The notes under the pieces are model-generated. The model saw nothing but the letters and a program-made list of their open reading frames with translations. It did not search any database and was not told the origin of the DNA. Positions 1 to 8,499 of a stretch of 25,754 bases of DNA are shown piece after piece (within the stretch, counting starts at the first letter, position 1; every line of letters begins with the position of its first letter). A program made the position numbers and the translations under genes. The stretch is from Candidatus Micrarchaeota archaeon (GTDB taxonomy: Archaea > Micrarchaeota > Micrarchaeia > Anstonellales > Bilamarchaeaceae), in contig JBDRIM010000014.1 of NCBI GenBank assembly GCA_043816005.1, forward strand, positions 1 through 25,754, read 5' to 3'.

Positions 1-711
1 GGCGTAGCTCGTATGTCTGATCCTCTTATGATAAAAGAAATCCAAGCTGCGGTTACAATTCCAGTTATGGCAAAATGCAGAATTGGTCATTTTGTTGAAG
101 CACAAATTCTTCAGGCGCTTGAAATAGATTACATTGATGAAAGTGAAGTGCTTACTCCTGCAGATGAGCAATTTCATGTTGACAAATCAAAATTTACAAC
201 CCCATTTGTTTGCGGTGCAAGAAATCTTGGTGAAGCCTTACGTAGAATAAATGAAGGAGCAGCCATGATGAGAACTAAAGGTGAAGCAGGCACTGGAAAT
301 ATAGTCGAAGCAGTAAGGCATATTCGCAGCATAAATTCAGAAATGGATGCATTAAAAAAACTGGATATAACTACCAAAAAAAACAAATCACTCGAATACC
401 GCGTCCCATTAGTATTGGTTGAAGAAGTTGCAAAACTAGGTCGCTTACCAGTTGTAAACTTTGCAGCAGGTGGCATTGCTACGCCAGCAGATGCAGCATT
501 ATGTATGCAACTTGGTGTAGATGGTGTCTTTGTTGGTTCTGGAATCTTCAAAAGTTCAGATCCTGCAAAAAGAGCAAAGGCAATTGTTGATGCAACTGCA
601 CATTTCAATGATGCTAATAAAGTAGCAGAAGCAAGCAAAGGTCTTGGGGATGCAATGGCTGGACTTGAAACATCAAAATTAGAAACAAAAATGGCTGAAC
701 GTGGAATCTAA
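1..711 (+). CDS. pdxS: Pyridoxal 5'-phosphate synthase lyase subunit PdxS (5'-truncated by window edge)
   Basis: Frame is open from base 1 (GVARMSDP...). Motifs [54 protein letters not shown] and C-terminal MAERG are present; pdxT lies nearby. Confidence 0.97.
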   Translation, partial: GVARMSDPLMIKEIQAAVTIPVMAKCRIGHFVEAQILQALEIDYIDESEVLTPADEQFHVDKSKFTTPFVCGARNLGEALRRINEGAAMMRTKGEAGTGNIVEAVRHIRSINSEMDALKKLDITTKKNKSLEYRVPLVLVEEVAKLGRLPVVNFAAGGIATPADAALCMQLGVDGVFVGSGIFKSSDPAKRAKAIVDATAHFNDANKVAEASKGLGDAMAGLETSKLETKMAERGI

Positions 712-785
712 ATTAATTGCGCATAACTATAATCCATAACATTTATATGCATCCATACCCTTTCTTGTTGGTGGGAAATGATCAA

Positions 786-2054
786 ATGAAATATTTTTGG
801 TTTGTATTTTTTGCAGCATTACTCGTAATCGGATGTATTTCTCCTGGTGTTGTTCCAGAACAACCAGAACCAAACCCGCCATTAATAGAACCAAATCAAC
901 CAATTCCAGAACCAAACCCACCAGAACCAACCTCGATTATCTCGGCACAGATAGTTGGTGACCCTGTCTTTTTGCAAAAATTTGGTGACTCTTGGTTCAG
1001 TACATGGGCAGATGATGACAAACTTTATATATCCTGGGGTGATGGAACTGGTCGTGGTGATTGCTATCCTGAAGCATATAATAATCTTAAGAGTCCTTTT
1101 TGTGATTCTTCTTGCGGAACTCCAGAATCATTTCTTTTTTGCGATATTTTTTGCTCTACCTTCGCTTGCAATACCTGCTATGCACCATGTACATTAACTG
1201 ATGCCGGGCTTGTTAGCTTGGAAGGTTCTGCCCCATATTTTATTGACTGTCAAGATGAATGTATTATGAGTCTTCATATTCCGACCGGAACTCCATTATT
1301 TGATAAAGACATAGATCCAGGCACATTAAGAAATGACAAACCATCTAGTCTTCTTTTTTACAATGGCATTCTTTATTGGGCTGGACATAGTCCAGCCGGT
1401 CATCCTGATTTTGGGTATCTTGCATATTCAAATGATTATGGGCATACTTGGACTGAAGTTGAAAATTCTCCTTGGACAACTGACAGTGTATTTAGAGTGC
1501 TTATGTTTATCAACATGGGACGGAATTACGAACTTAATCAAGATGGGTACGTTTATGCATTTGGTATAGGTAGTGAAGAGGCATGGACAAAAGACATCAA
1601 TCTCCATGGTCGCGAAGAAAATGAAGAAAAAACGGTTTATTTAACACGTGTTCCAAAAGATTCCATCCTGGATTATGGCAGGTACGAGTATTATGTTACT
1701 ATTGATGAAAATGGAAATCCAATCTGGTCTGGTAATGAAGCTGACGCCACACCTTTAGAAGGACTTGAAACTATTCAAACAGCATCAGCAATGTATCATG
1801 AAGGGACAGGGAGATATCTCTTCTTGACTGCTTCACCTGGTGCATTGTTTGAAGCACCTCAACCATGGGGGCCTTGGAGAAAAGTGGCACCACTTTTTAA
1901 TGAAGGAGACAACCCAGCATGGAAGTTAGGTGGTTATGTTCCTGGTATTATCAGTAAGGACGCCGGGCCAAACTATTTTTATTTCACACTTGCCGGAGGG
2001 CCTAGTCGTTATCAGCTTCATATTGGAAAAATTGAAATGGAACTAAATAACTAA
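786..2054 (+). CDS. Surface lipoprotein, probable beta-propeller glycoside hydrolase-like (DUF4185-like) with Pro-rich linker and Cys-rich insert
   Basis: ATG 786 gives MKYFWFVFFAALLVIGC (signal peptide with lipobox-like Cys). Also a PEPNPP linker, GDSWFSTWADDDKLYISWGDG, Asp-box YSNDYGHTW and FEAPQPWGPW. TATA-like TTTATATG at 742-749. Family recognised from memory of motifs. Confidence 0.6.
   Translation: MKYFWFVFFAALLVIGCISPGVVPEQPEPNPPLIEPNQPIPEPNPPEPTSIISAQIVGDPVFLQKFGDSWFSTWADDDKLYISWGDGTGRGDCYPEAYNNLKSPFCDSSCGTPESFLFCDIFCSTFACNTCYAPCTLTDAGLVSLEGSAPYFIDCQDECIMSLHIPTGTPLFDKDIDPGTLRNDKPSSLLFYNGILYWAGHSPAGHPDFGYLAYSNDYGHTWTEVENSPWTTDSVFRVLMFINMGRNYELNQDGYVYAFGIGSEEAWTKDINLHGREENEEKTVYLTRVPKDSILDYGRYEYYVTIDENGNPIWSGNEADATPLEGLETIQTASAMYHEGTGRYLFLTASPGALFEAPQPWGPWRKVAPLFNEGDNPAWKLGGYVPGIISKDAGPNYFYFTLAGGPSRYQLHIGKIEMELNN
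855..929 (+). repeat. Imperfect coding tandem repeat (PEPN/PEQ Pro-rich linker)
   Basis: Recurring CCAGAAC(C/A)A units encode PEQPEPNPPLIEPNQPIPEPNPPEP. Confidence 0.7.
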
Positions 2055-2086
2055 ACTTTAGTGTGTCAAACAGCTTAAGGTGTATG

Positions 2087-2695
2087 ATGAAAGTAGGAAT
2101 TCTTGCCCTCCAGGGCGATGTAATAGAACATATTCGTGCGACTAACGAGGCAGCCAAATCACTTAACTTCTCATGCGAAATAGTTGAAGTGCGAACCAAA
2201 TTTGATTTTTCCAATTTAAACGGACTAATCATACCAGGTGGTGAAAGCACTGTTCTTCATAAATTATGCGAGAGAGAAAAAATATTCGAAGAAATAAAGA
2301 AAATACCAGTTATATTTGGTACTTGTGCAGGTGCAATTTTTCTAGTTAAAAAATTAAACAACAAAGAATCTGAACAAAAAACTCTAGAATTGATGGATGT
2401 TGAAATCGATCGAAATGGCTATGGGAGACAGAACGAATCATTTGAACACGATATTGAAACCGAGTTAGGGCAAATACACGCAATTTTCATTCGCGCTCCG
2501 AGAATAAAATCAATTGGCAGTGAAGTAAAAGTATTGGCAAAATTAAATGATGAAATAGTTGCCTGTGAGCAACGCACAATTAACAACACTTACCTCTTAA
2601 CTTGCTTCCATCCTGAACTATCAACAACCAAATTTCATGAGTATTTTCTGAAGAATTTACGAAGCACAGCCACACCCATTGATTTAAAATCCTAA
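2087..2695 (+). CDS. pdxT: Pyridoxal 5'-phosphate synthase glutaminase subunit PdxT
   Basis: MKVGILALQGD, IIPGGEST, nucleophile FGTCAG, RNGYGRQ, FIRAP and FHPEL. SD-like AAGGTG upstream; start is 2084 or 2087. Confidence 0.96.
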   Translation: MKVGILALQGDVIEHIRATNEAAKSLNFSCEIVEVRTKFDFSNLNGLIIPGGESTVLHKLCEREKIFEEIKKIPVIFGTCAGAIFLVKKLNNKESEQKTLELMDVEIDRNGYGRQNESFEHDIETELGQIHAIFIRAPRIKSIGSEVKVLAKLNDEIVACEQRTINNTYLLTCFHPELSTTKFHEYFLKNLRSTATPIDLKS

Positions 2696-2761
2696 CGAAC
2701 CAACAATTTAGAGCTATAATTCTTCTTAGATCTAACTTAAGATGAAACAGAAGGTGAACTT

Positions 2762-3277
2762 ATGGGAATCAGACCCGGAAGGGCAATTAGAGATGCAGAT
2801 AAAGTTGCATGGACAAGATATTCACGAAGCAAACCAAGAAAATCATTCATAAAAGCAATGCCTCATGCAGATCTTCATCAATACAGGATGGGTGCATTGA
2901 AGGACGACTTTGATCTTGAAATGAGTTTGGTTAGTGAGACTGCAATTATTATACGGGATAATGCAATAGAAAGCGCAAGACAGAGTTCAAACAAACATTT
3001 GGAAAAAATGATTGCAGGTAACTATTATTTCATAGTAAGAGTTTATCCCCATCATGTTGTGAGAGAAAACAAAATGATTTCAGGTGCAGGTGCAGATCGT
3101 CTTCAGAAGGGAATGAGACAATCATTTGGCAGACCAACTGACAGAGCTGCAAGATTGAAAGCTGGTACGGCTATTTTCACAGTGTATTCTCAAAAAGCAA
3201 ATGAAGCACATTTGAAGAAAGCCCTAATCAAAGCAAAGTTGAAACTCTCAGGCAAATTCAGGGTTCGTGTAAAATAA
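2762..3277 (+). CDS. rpl10e: 50S ribosomal protein L10e (uL16)
   Basis: IRDNAIESAR, RVYPHHVVRENKM, GAGADRLQKGMRQSFGRP; SD GAAGGTGA upstream. Confidence 0.97.
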   Translation: MGIRPGRAIRDADKVAWTRYSRSKPRKSFIKAMPHADLHQYRMGALKDDFDLEMSLVSETAIIIRDNAIESARQSSNKHLEKMIAGNYYFIVRVYPHHVVRENKMISGAGADRLQKGMRQSFGRPTDRAARLKAGTAIFTVYSQKANEAHLKKALIKAKLKLSGKFRVRVK

Positions 3278-3281
3278 TTTA

Positions 3282-4043
3282 TCACGGTTTTTTTCCTGAT
3301 TTCCACAATAAATTAAAGTAATGAACATAACTCTCTGCTACTTCTTTATTTTTTATTAAAACCGAAAATTTTTGCTGTTCTGTAACTGCCATTATGGCTA
3401 TATGGTCCATGAAAATATGCACAAAAGCAGGTGTTTTCATTCCTTTTGGTAAATATCGTTGCTCTGCATGCGGCCTAAGTTCTCTTGTCTTCACAAACCA
3501 AGTATCGTAATCATAAAGTATTTTTGCTTTCACTCCTTTTTTTGCGATCCTGATATGAAATGATTTGAAATAAGCATTCAGAAGTTCGCTTGCAAGTACT
3601 GGATAACCAATTGTATACATTGTTTCTCCTTTTCTTGCCATTTCAAGCGAAAAATCATAAACTGTTTTTATTCCTCTAAGTCCTTCTAGAAGTTCAACTT
3701 TATAATCTGCTTTTTCTGCTGAAAAAAGTTTTTCCATATATGGTAAACTACTTTCAACCTCGCCCTTCAAATCTTCTATCTCTTTCTCTTTAAGATCAAG
3801 AAGGTGACGGAGTGCAATCGGGCGATTTGGCCTGAATAATTTAACTCCGCCATGCATCAAATATCCAACCAATCCCTTTTCTATCAGGCTATTCAAGGTG
3901 GTATATATCTTAGAAGATGGTATCTCTGTTTTTTTAACTAGTGGTCCAGTTGTAGTCTCTCCGATTTCAAGAAGGGCAAGATATGTCTTTATCTCGTTTT
4001 TATCTAGTCCCAGCATACATAATGTATCATAAGGTGTTTTCAT
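3282..4043 (-). CDS. TrmB-family transcriptional regulator
   Basis: N-terminal wHTH LGLDKNEIKTYLALL...IPSSKIYTTLNSLIEKGLV, then a coiled helix and a C-terminal effector domain ending NKEVAESYVHYFNLLW. Confidence 0.88.
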   Translation of the reverse strand: MKTPYDTLCMLGLDKNEIKTYLALLEIGETTTGPLVKKTEIPSSKIYTTLNSLIEKGLVGYLMHGGVKLFRPNRPIALRHLLDLKEKEIEDLKGEVESSLPYMEKLFSAEKADYKVELLEGLRGIKTVYDFSLEMARKGETMYTIGYPVLASELLNAYFKSFHIRIAKKGVKAKILYDYDTWFVKTRELRPHAEQRYLPKGMKTPAFVHIFMDHIAIMAVTEQQKFSVLIKNKEVAESYVHYFNLLWKSGKKP

Positions 4044-4066
4044 ACTACTACCTTTTAGTAGTAGTA
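4043..4066. promoter_or_regulatory. Palindromic operator candidate TACTACTAC-N6-GTAGTAGTA
   Basis: Perfect 9-bp inverted repeat between the divergent trmB-like and HD genes, next to an AT-rich TATA-like box at about 4067-4077. Confidence 0.65.
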
Positions 4067-4100
4067 AATTAATATATCCTATCTATGTGCATCTATTTCC

Positions 4101-4676
4101 ATGAGCTTTCATCATTTCATTGGTTCCGGACTAAACCGCTCGGAAAAAATACAGGCGTTAGTAGTTGAATTGTTACTATCTAGCAAACTACCCCAATCAA
4201 AGCGCGAGAGTTCTGTACTATGGGAACTAAAACATAGTTCAGGTGTTGTTCAGCTTGCCAGATTGCTTGCACAAAAAAGAAATGTGAATGAAGAACTGGC
4301 AATTGTTGCAGCTGCATTACACGACGTATATGTAATATTAGAAGGAGGATATACTGATCATGCAAAGAATGGTGAAAAAATCGCAAGAAACATTCTAATA
4401 GAAAAAGGCGACTTCACAGAAAACGAAATCGATCAAATTTGCAATGCAATTGCAAATCACAGCGATAAACACATTTATGGCGATGACAAGCTTGTTGAAC
4501 TGATAAAAGATGCCGACTGTGTCGATTGTTTTTTCTATGGTGATACTGTTTATGATGATAAGCCACCAGAAAAACTCAGGCATTATTATAAGAGAATTAT
4601 AAATGTCAGGCAGGAACTTGGTCTGCCGCCAAAAAATCATTTTAAAGGAGATACAAAAACGGAGGAAAAAATATGA
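4101..4676 (+). CDS. HD-domain metal-dependent phosphohydrolase
   Basis: H...HD...D pattern: LKHSSGV, AAALHDV, DHAKNG, IANHS, IKDAD. Confidence 0.9.
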   Translation: MSFHHFIGSGLNRSEKIQALVVELLLSSKLPQSKRESSVLWELKHSSGVVQLARLLAQKRNVNEELAIVAAALHDVYVILEGGYTDHAKNGEKIARNILIEKGDFTENEIDQICNAIANHSDKHIYGDDKLVELIKDADCVDCFFYGDTVYDDKPPEKLRHYYKRIINVRQELGLPPKNHFKGDTKTEEKI

Positions 4677-6097
4677 AAAAACACTACTGGTTTCAATGGG
4701 AACGGCAGGCAACTGTACACCCAATTTTGATGTGTATGGAAGCATGGATGGAACCCATGCAAAAAGCATATGGTAAGTCGTGGCCATCAACAGTGATTAT
4801 CTACAATAAAGATCTTGTGGGATGGTACACTCCGTGGAATGAACTTTTAGAATATGGTCAATATTGCATCGACCTATTCATCAAACCAAACAATCAGCAA
4901 AAATTCGAAACAGATGTAAAAAACCAAGCCAAAGAACTGGAATTATTGTTCGTGCGCCTTGATTCAACTAATATCAAAGATATAAGCAATGGTGAATTAC
5001 AGTTAATCTATGATGAAATCCGCATGCGTTGGACAAAATGGTTTGTGCCAGGCGGTCTAGTAGAGCCAATCGGTCACCAAGGCGAAAAACTTCTTCATAA
5101 GTATTTAGAAGGAAATCCTAATGCATCAAAGATTTTCTCTTTGATAACAACTACTACTAGAGATTCTTTCAGCAAAAGAGAACTTCAGGATTTACTAAAA
5201 ATAGCAATTGCAAAAAAAGATGATACCGACATCAGTAAAATGCTTGCGCAACATGCAAAAAAATATTATTGGGTACATAACGGTTACTATTCAACAGAAG
5301 TTCTTGGTGTGGGATTTTTTGAGAAAGAAATTAGCAATGCAATGTCAAAATATCCAGATATCGCTGGACAGCTCAAAACCCTCATCGAAGAACCAACAAA
5401 AATACGTACTGAAAAATTTTCAGTTATTCAACAACTCAATCTTAATGAATATGAACGCAATTTGGTTGAACTCCTAGATCTTTTTGCATGGTATCAAGAC
5501 TATCGTAAAGAATACACTATGCGTATGCTGCATTATCTAAACGTAATCTTGTGCGAAATCAGCAGAAGAACCGGGTTCAGCGAAAGAGAAATCTGGTATA
5601 CACTCCCATCTGAAATCCAGCAAATTTTATCTGGAAAACTTGAAAATAACATAGCCTGCGAACGTATGCAACACTGTCTATTCCATTGGGATACTAAGGT
5701 GCTTGAACATGGTGTTGGTGATTTTGCATCTACTAAAGAAAAAGAAATCTTTCATTCAATTAGCCACAAAGATGACATTATAGAAGTTACTGGAATGGTA
5801 GCAAGCAAAGGTTCGGTACGTGGAAAGGCACGAGTTACTATGAGTGCAAAAGAAGCACATCTAGTACAACCAGGCGAAATACTTGTTACTTCAATGACTA
5901 CACCTGATTTTGTGACAGCAGTAAAAAAGGCGTCTGCAATCGTAACTAACGAAGGTGGAGTTCTTTGTCATGCAGCTGTTGTTTCACGAGAATTTGGTAT
6001 TCCTTGTATTGTGGGAACTCGTATAGCAACAAAAATCTTCAAAACTGGGGATATGCTTGAAGTCGATGGTGAACTGGGCGTAGTAAGAAAAGTTTAA
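4673..6097 (+). CDS. PEP-utilizing enzyme mobile (swivelling His) domain protein with unknown N-terminal region
   Basis: C-terminal ~100 aa reads GMVASKGSVRGKARV...GEILVTSMTTPDF...IVTNEGGVLCHAAVVSREFGIPCIVGT...VDG. No ATP-grasp or PEP-binding barrel motifs seen. ATGA overlap with the HD gene. Confidence 0.85.
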   Translation: MKKHYWFQWERQATVHPILMCMEAWMEPMQKAYGKSWPSTVIIYNKDLVGWYTPWNELLEYGQYCIDLFIKPNNQQKFETDVKNQAKELELLFVRLDSTNIKDISNGELQLIYDEIRMRWTKWFVPGGLVEPIGHQGEKLLHKYLEGNPNASKIFSLITTTTRDSFSKRELQDLLKIAIAKKDDTDISKMLAQHAKKYYWVHNGYYSTEVLGVGFFEKEISNAMSKYPDIAGQLKTLIEEPTKIRTEKFSVIQQLNLNEYERNLVELLDLFAWYQDYRKEYTMRMLHYLNVILCEISRRTGFSEREIWYTLPSEIQQILSGKLENNIACERMQHCLFHWDTKVLEHGVGDFASTKEKEIFHSISHKDDIIEVTGMVASKGSVRGKARVTMSAKEAHLVQPGEILVTSMTTPDFVTAVKKASAIVTNEGGVLCHAAVVSREFGIPCIVGTRIATKIFKTGDMLEVDGELGVVRKV

Positions 6098-6114
6098 TAA
6101 AAAAAGAAAAAAAA

Positions 6115-6312
6115 TTACTTAAAATTGTAGCTATTGAGGTTCATTTCAGCCCTTTCAACAGCATCAGAGTATTTACTTCCTAACACTCTTATCAAACCAA
6201 CAACATCTCGTTTTGCTGCCATTTTGTCAATTGCACTATCTCTGCTTTTTTTATTTGGCGAAGCTATGGCGATTTGTTGTATTTTTGTTCCGGATTGGTT
6301 TTGGTATGTCAT
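6115..6312 (-). CDS. Small protein resembling a single HEAT/PBS-lyase-like repeat unit
   Basis: IDKMAAKRDVVGLIRVLGSKYSDAVERAEMNL resembles the N-terminal unit of archaeal HEAT-repeat proteins. ATGA overlap with the upstream HTH gene; T-tract follows on the minus strand. Confidence 0.5.
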   Translation of the reverse strand: MTYQNQSGTKIQQIAIASPNKKSRDSAIDKMAAKRDVVGLIRVLGSKYSDAVERAEMNLNSYNFK

Positions 6313-6494
6313 ATTCCAGCCCCGTTTCCAGGCTGTTCATAATTAACATACCTCCATATAGTCATGCGTGAAACTTTCATCATGACTGCCAATTCCCTGA
6401 CAGAAAAATCTCCGGTTCGATAAAGCTGACGTATAGATCTTCTGTTTTCGGCATCAAAAACTGGTTTCCTTCCTACTTTTCTAATTGGTTTCAA
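6309..6494 (-). CDS. Small stand-alone HTH protein (resolvase/Hin-type HTH)
   Basis: GRKPVF arm followed by IRQLYRTGDFSVRELAVMMKVSRMTIWRYV; TTG start. Confidence 0.7.
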   Translation of the reverse strand: MKPIRKVGRKPVFDAENRRSIRQLYRTGDFSVRELAVMMKVSRMTIWRYVNYEQPGNGAGI

Positions 6495-6684
6495 AACACC
6501 CGTTCATAGTTTTACCTCCTAAATCATATTTTCATAATTCGTTTTTGCTTGTTTATAAATACTTGTCACAATTTAGTCCAATCTGTCCCTTTTTGTTTAA
6601 TTTACATATTGGTGGTTTGTGTTAGCTTGTGGTCATAGCTTTATAAATCTAATTATTCATAATATATCTGGGAGGGTGAATACC

Positions 6685-8499
6685 TTGACTCATGAAAAAA
6701 TTACAGTAGACGAACCACTCATCAGTACTGATGTGGACAGTTTAATCCGTACTCTTTCTGATAAGAAAAGGATTTCTCTTAATGATTTAAGGCAAATTTC
6801 CAAAATCGATAGAAAAACCATGGAAAAATGGCTTGCGGTTTTGGAAGACGAAGGTTACATTCATGTTGAATACGGTATCCGAGGTACTTTTGTCAATTGG
6901 ATCGGCCTTGGAATAAATGGTGATAATGGTGATTATTCTATAGCTGAACCAACTCAGTTTACTAAACAAGTGTCAGAACCACCACCTCAAAAAGTTGAAC
7001 AAGTTCAGCCACTTCCGATAATGGATGCTCCAGTACAAGAAGAAGTTTCAGAACCAGAGGAAGTTCCACAGGAAATTAACTCTACTAGCGATGAAATAGT
7101 AAATGATGTTTATGAAGAACAAATCGATGAACCAGAACCAGAAGAAATGCTGAGCGAATACCTCGCAAGGAAAAAAGAAAAAGGTTCAATTGACGTTGGT
7201 AATTTAAGAGCAACAATACTCACTAAACTTGACAAATCTGATGAGCCAATTAAAGAAGAAGAACCACGTGTGGAAGTAGTGGAAGAAATTGAACAGTCAG
7301 ACGAAGATGACGAACAACCTGAAGGAGAAGTAATTCATCCAGTATCTCGTTTTGTTAGAGATCAAACTGGTGTTCGTGAACTTATGAATGCTTATGTCAG
7401 TGAGATAAATAAAGAAAAGGTAGAAATCGAAGCACTGAAGAAAGAAAAAGAAGATTTATACCGTGACAAATTTACAGTAATCGAGGGTAAGATGCATGCT
7501 GATATTGCTGTTCTTAGTGAAAAAGTTATTGAAAAACAAAGCAGAATAGCAGAACTTAAAGAACGCGTTTTAGAATTACCAGATAAAGTTGATGATTTAA
7601 ACAGACTCCAAGGGGAGATGGATAAACTCAAGAGAGAAGGAAGATCAGCACTTGAACGAACAAGAAAAAAGGCAGATGAATTTGTTGCAAATATGAATGA
7701 TTCCAAATCCTCACTTGAAGAAAAAATAAAGGAAGTTGATACTACCGTTCTTCATCAGTCAGACAAGGTTACAGAATTCGAAAATATTGTTGGTTCACTT
7801 GATTCAAGAGCAGAAAAAATAAGAAGCGTACTGGAAAATGCAAGGATCCAGATTGATTCTCTTTCAAATACTATGAATTCCTTGACAACCGACCTCCAAC
7901 AAGTTGAACAGATGAAAGGTGAAGTTGGTACTATAGCTGAGGTTATCAAGGCAAATGTTGCTGATCGTGGAGATGAACTTAAAGCTCTTGAAGCTGAACT
8001 TGAAGGGATTTCTCGTATGGAACATTGGGTTCAGGAATACATTCGTGATTATGAACACAAAGTAGATGAAATCGAAGATTATGTTTCAAAAAGCGAAGAT
8101 GAATTAGCAGAGCTTAAAAGTGCTGCAGATTCAGTCTACATGAGGGAATATCTGAGTCAGTTGGAAGTAATGACTGAAGACTATCAAACCTCATTATATA
8201 ATGCAGTATCAAGGGAACAGGACCTTGATAATAAAATTGCTGATTCAAAAGCAAGAATAACTGATTTAGTGAAAGAGAGCCAAGAAATGATAAAGAAACT
8301 AAAGAGCGAAGCACCAAGCGCCAATGAATTCAATCGTATTCTTGCACGTGTTAAAGAAAGATCAAGCCAAGTTAAACGTGTAGTCACAGAAAAACAAAGT
8401 GAGCGCAACAATCTAAGTGAAGAATCTAGAACTACGAGAAAAACCCCATCAAAAATGACTCCAAAAACTTCAAAAGCTGCGAAGAAAAAAAAGAAATGA
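6685..8499 (+). CDS. Large coiled-coil protein with N-terminal wHTH-like domain, acidic linker and basic tail
   Basis: Probable TTG start at 6685 after SD GGAGGGTGA, TATA TTTATAAA at 6640-6647. ISLNDLRQISKIDRKTMEKWLAVLEDEGYIHVEY is wHTH-like; the C-terminal ~350 aa are heptad-like and E/K/L-rich; ends KAAKKKKK. Confidence 0.75.
   Translation: MTHEKITVDEPLISTDVDSLIRTLSDKKRISLNDLRQISKIDRKTMEKWLAVLEDEGYIHVEYGIRGTFVNWIGLGINGDNGDYSIAEPTQFTKQVSEPPPQKVEQVQPLPIMDAPVQEEVSEPEEVPQEINSTSDEIVNDVYEEQIDEPEPEEMLSEYLARKKEKGSIDVGNLRATILTKLDKSDEPIKEEEPRVEVVEEIEQSDEDDEQPEGEVIHPVSRFVRDQTGVRELMNAYVSEINKEKVEIEALKKEKEDLYRDKFTVIEGKMHADIAVLSEKVIEKQSRIAELKERVLELPDKVDDLNRLQGEMDKLKREGRSALERTRKKADEFVANMNDSKSSLEEKIKEVDTTVLHQSDKVTEFENIVGSLDSRAEKIRSVLENARIQIDSLSNTMNSLTTDLQQVEQMKGEVGTIAEVIKANVADRGDELKALEAELEGISRMEHWVQEYIRDYEHKVDEIEDYVSKSEDELAELKSAADSVYMREYLSQLEVMTEDYQTSLYNAVSREQDLDNKIADSKARITDLVKESQEMIKKLKSEAPSANEFNRILARVKERSSQVKRVVTEKQSERNNLSEESRTTRKTPSKMTPKTSKAAKKKKK

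Noticed and set aside
174..638. 154-aa antisense ORF, and similar shadow ORFs (4395-4790, 7392-7706, 14935-15351, 17594-17920, 19275-19658, 20330-20635)
   Set aside because: They overlap well-supported genes on the opposite strand and show no motifs.
717..785. N-terminal extensions in the ORF track (717, 2063, 6619, 18382, 18951)
   Set aside because: Downstream starts fit SD sites, signal peptides or family N-termini better.
2724..2742. Palindrome TTAGATCTAA and a short inverted repeat upstream of rpl10e
   Set aside because: Short and AT-rich, so expected by chance; cannot support an autoregulatory element.
4673..6097. Calling this gene ppsA or ppdK
   Set aside because: Only the His swivel domain is recognisable, and the protein is too short for the full enzymes.
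6309..6494. Transposon or resolvase remnant
   Set aside because: No catalytic domain, terminal repeats or target duplication seen.
6685..8499. SMC/Rad50 assignment
   Set aside because: No Walker A/B, signature motif, hinge or zinc hook.
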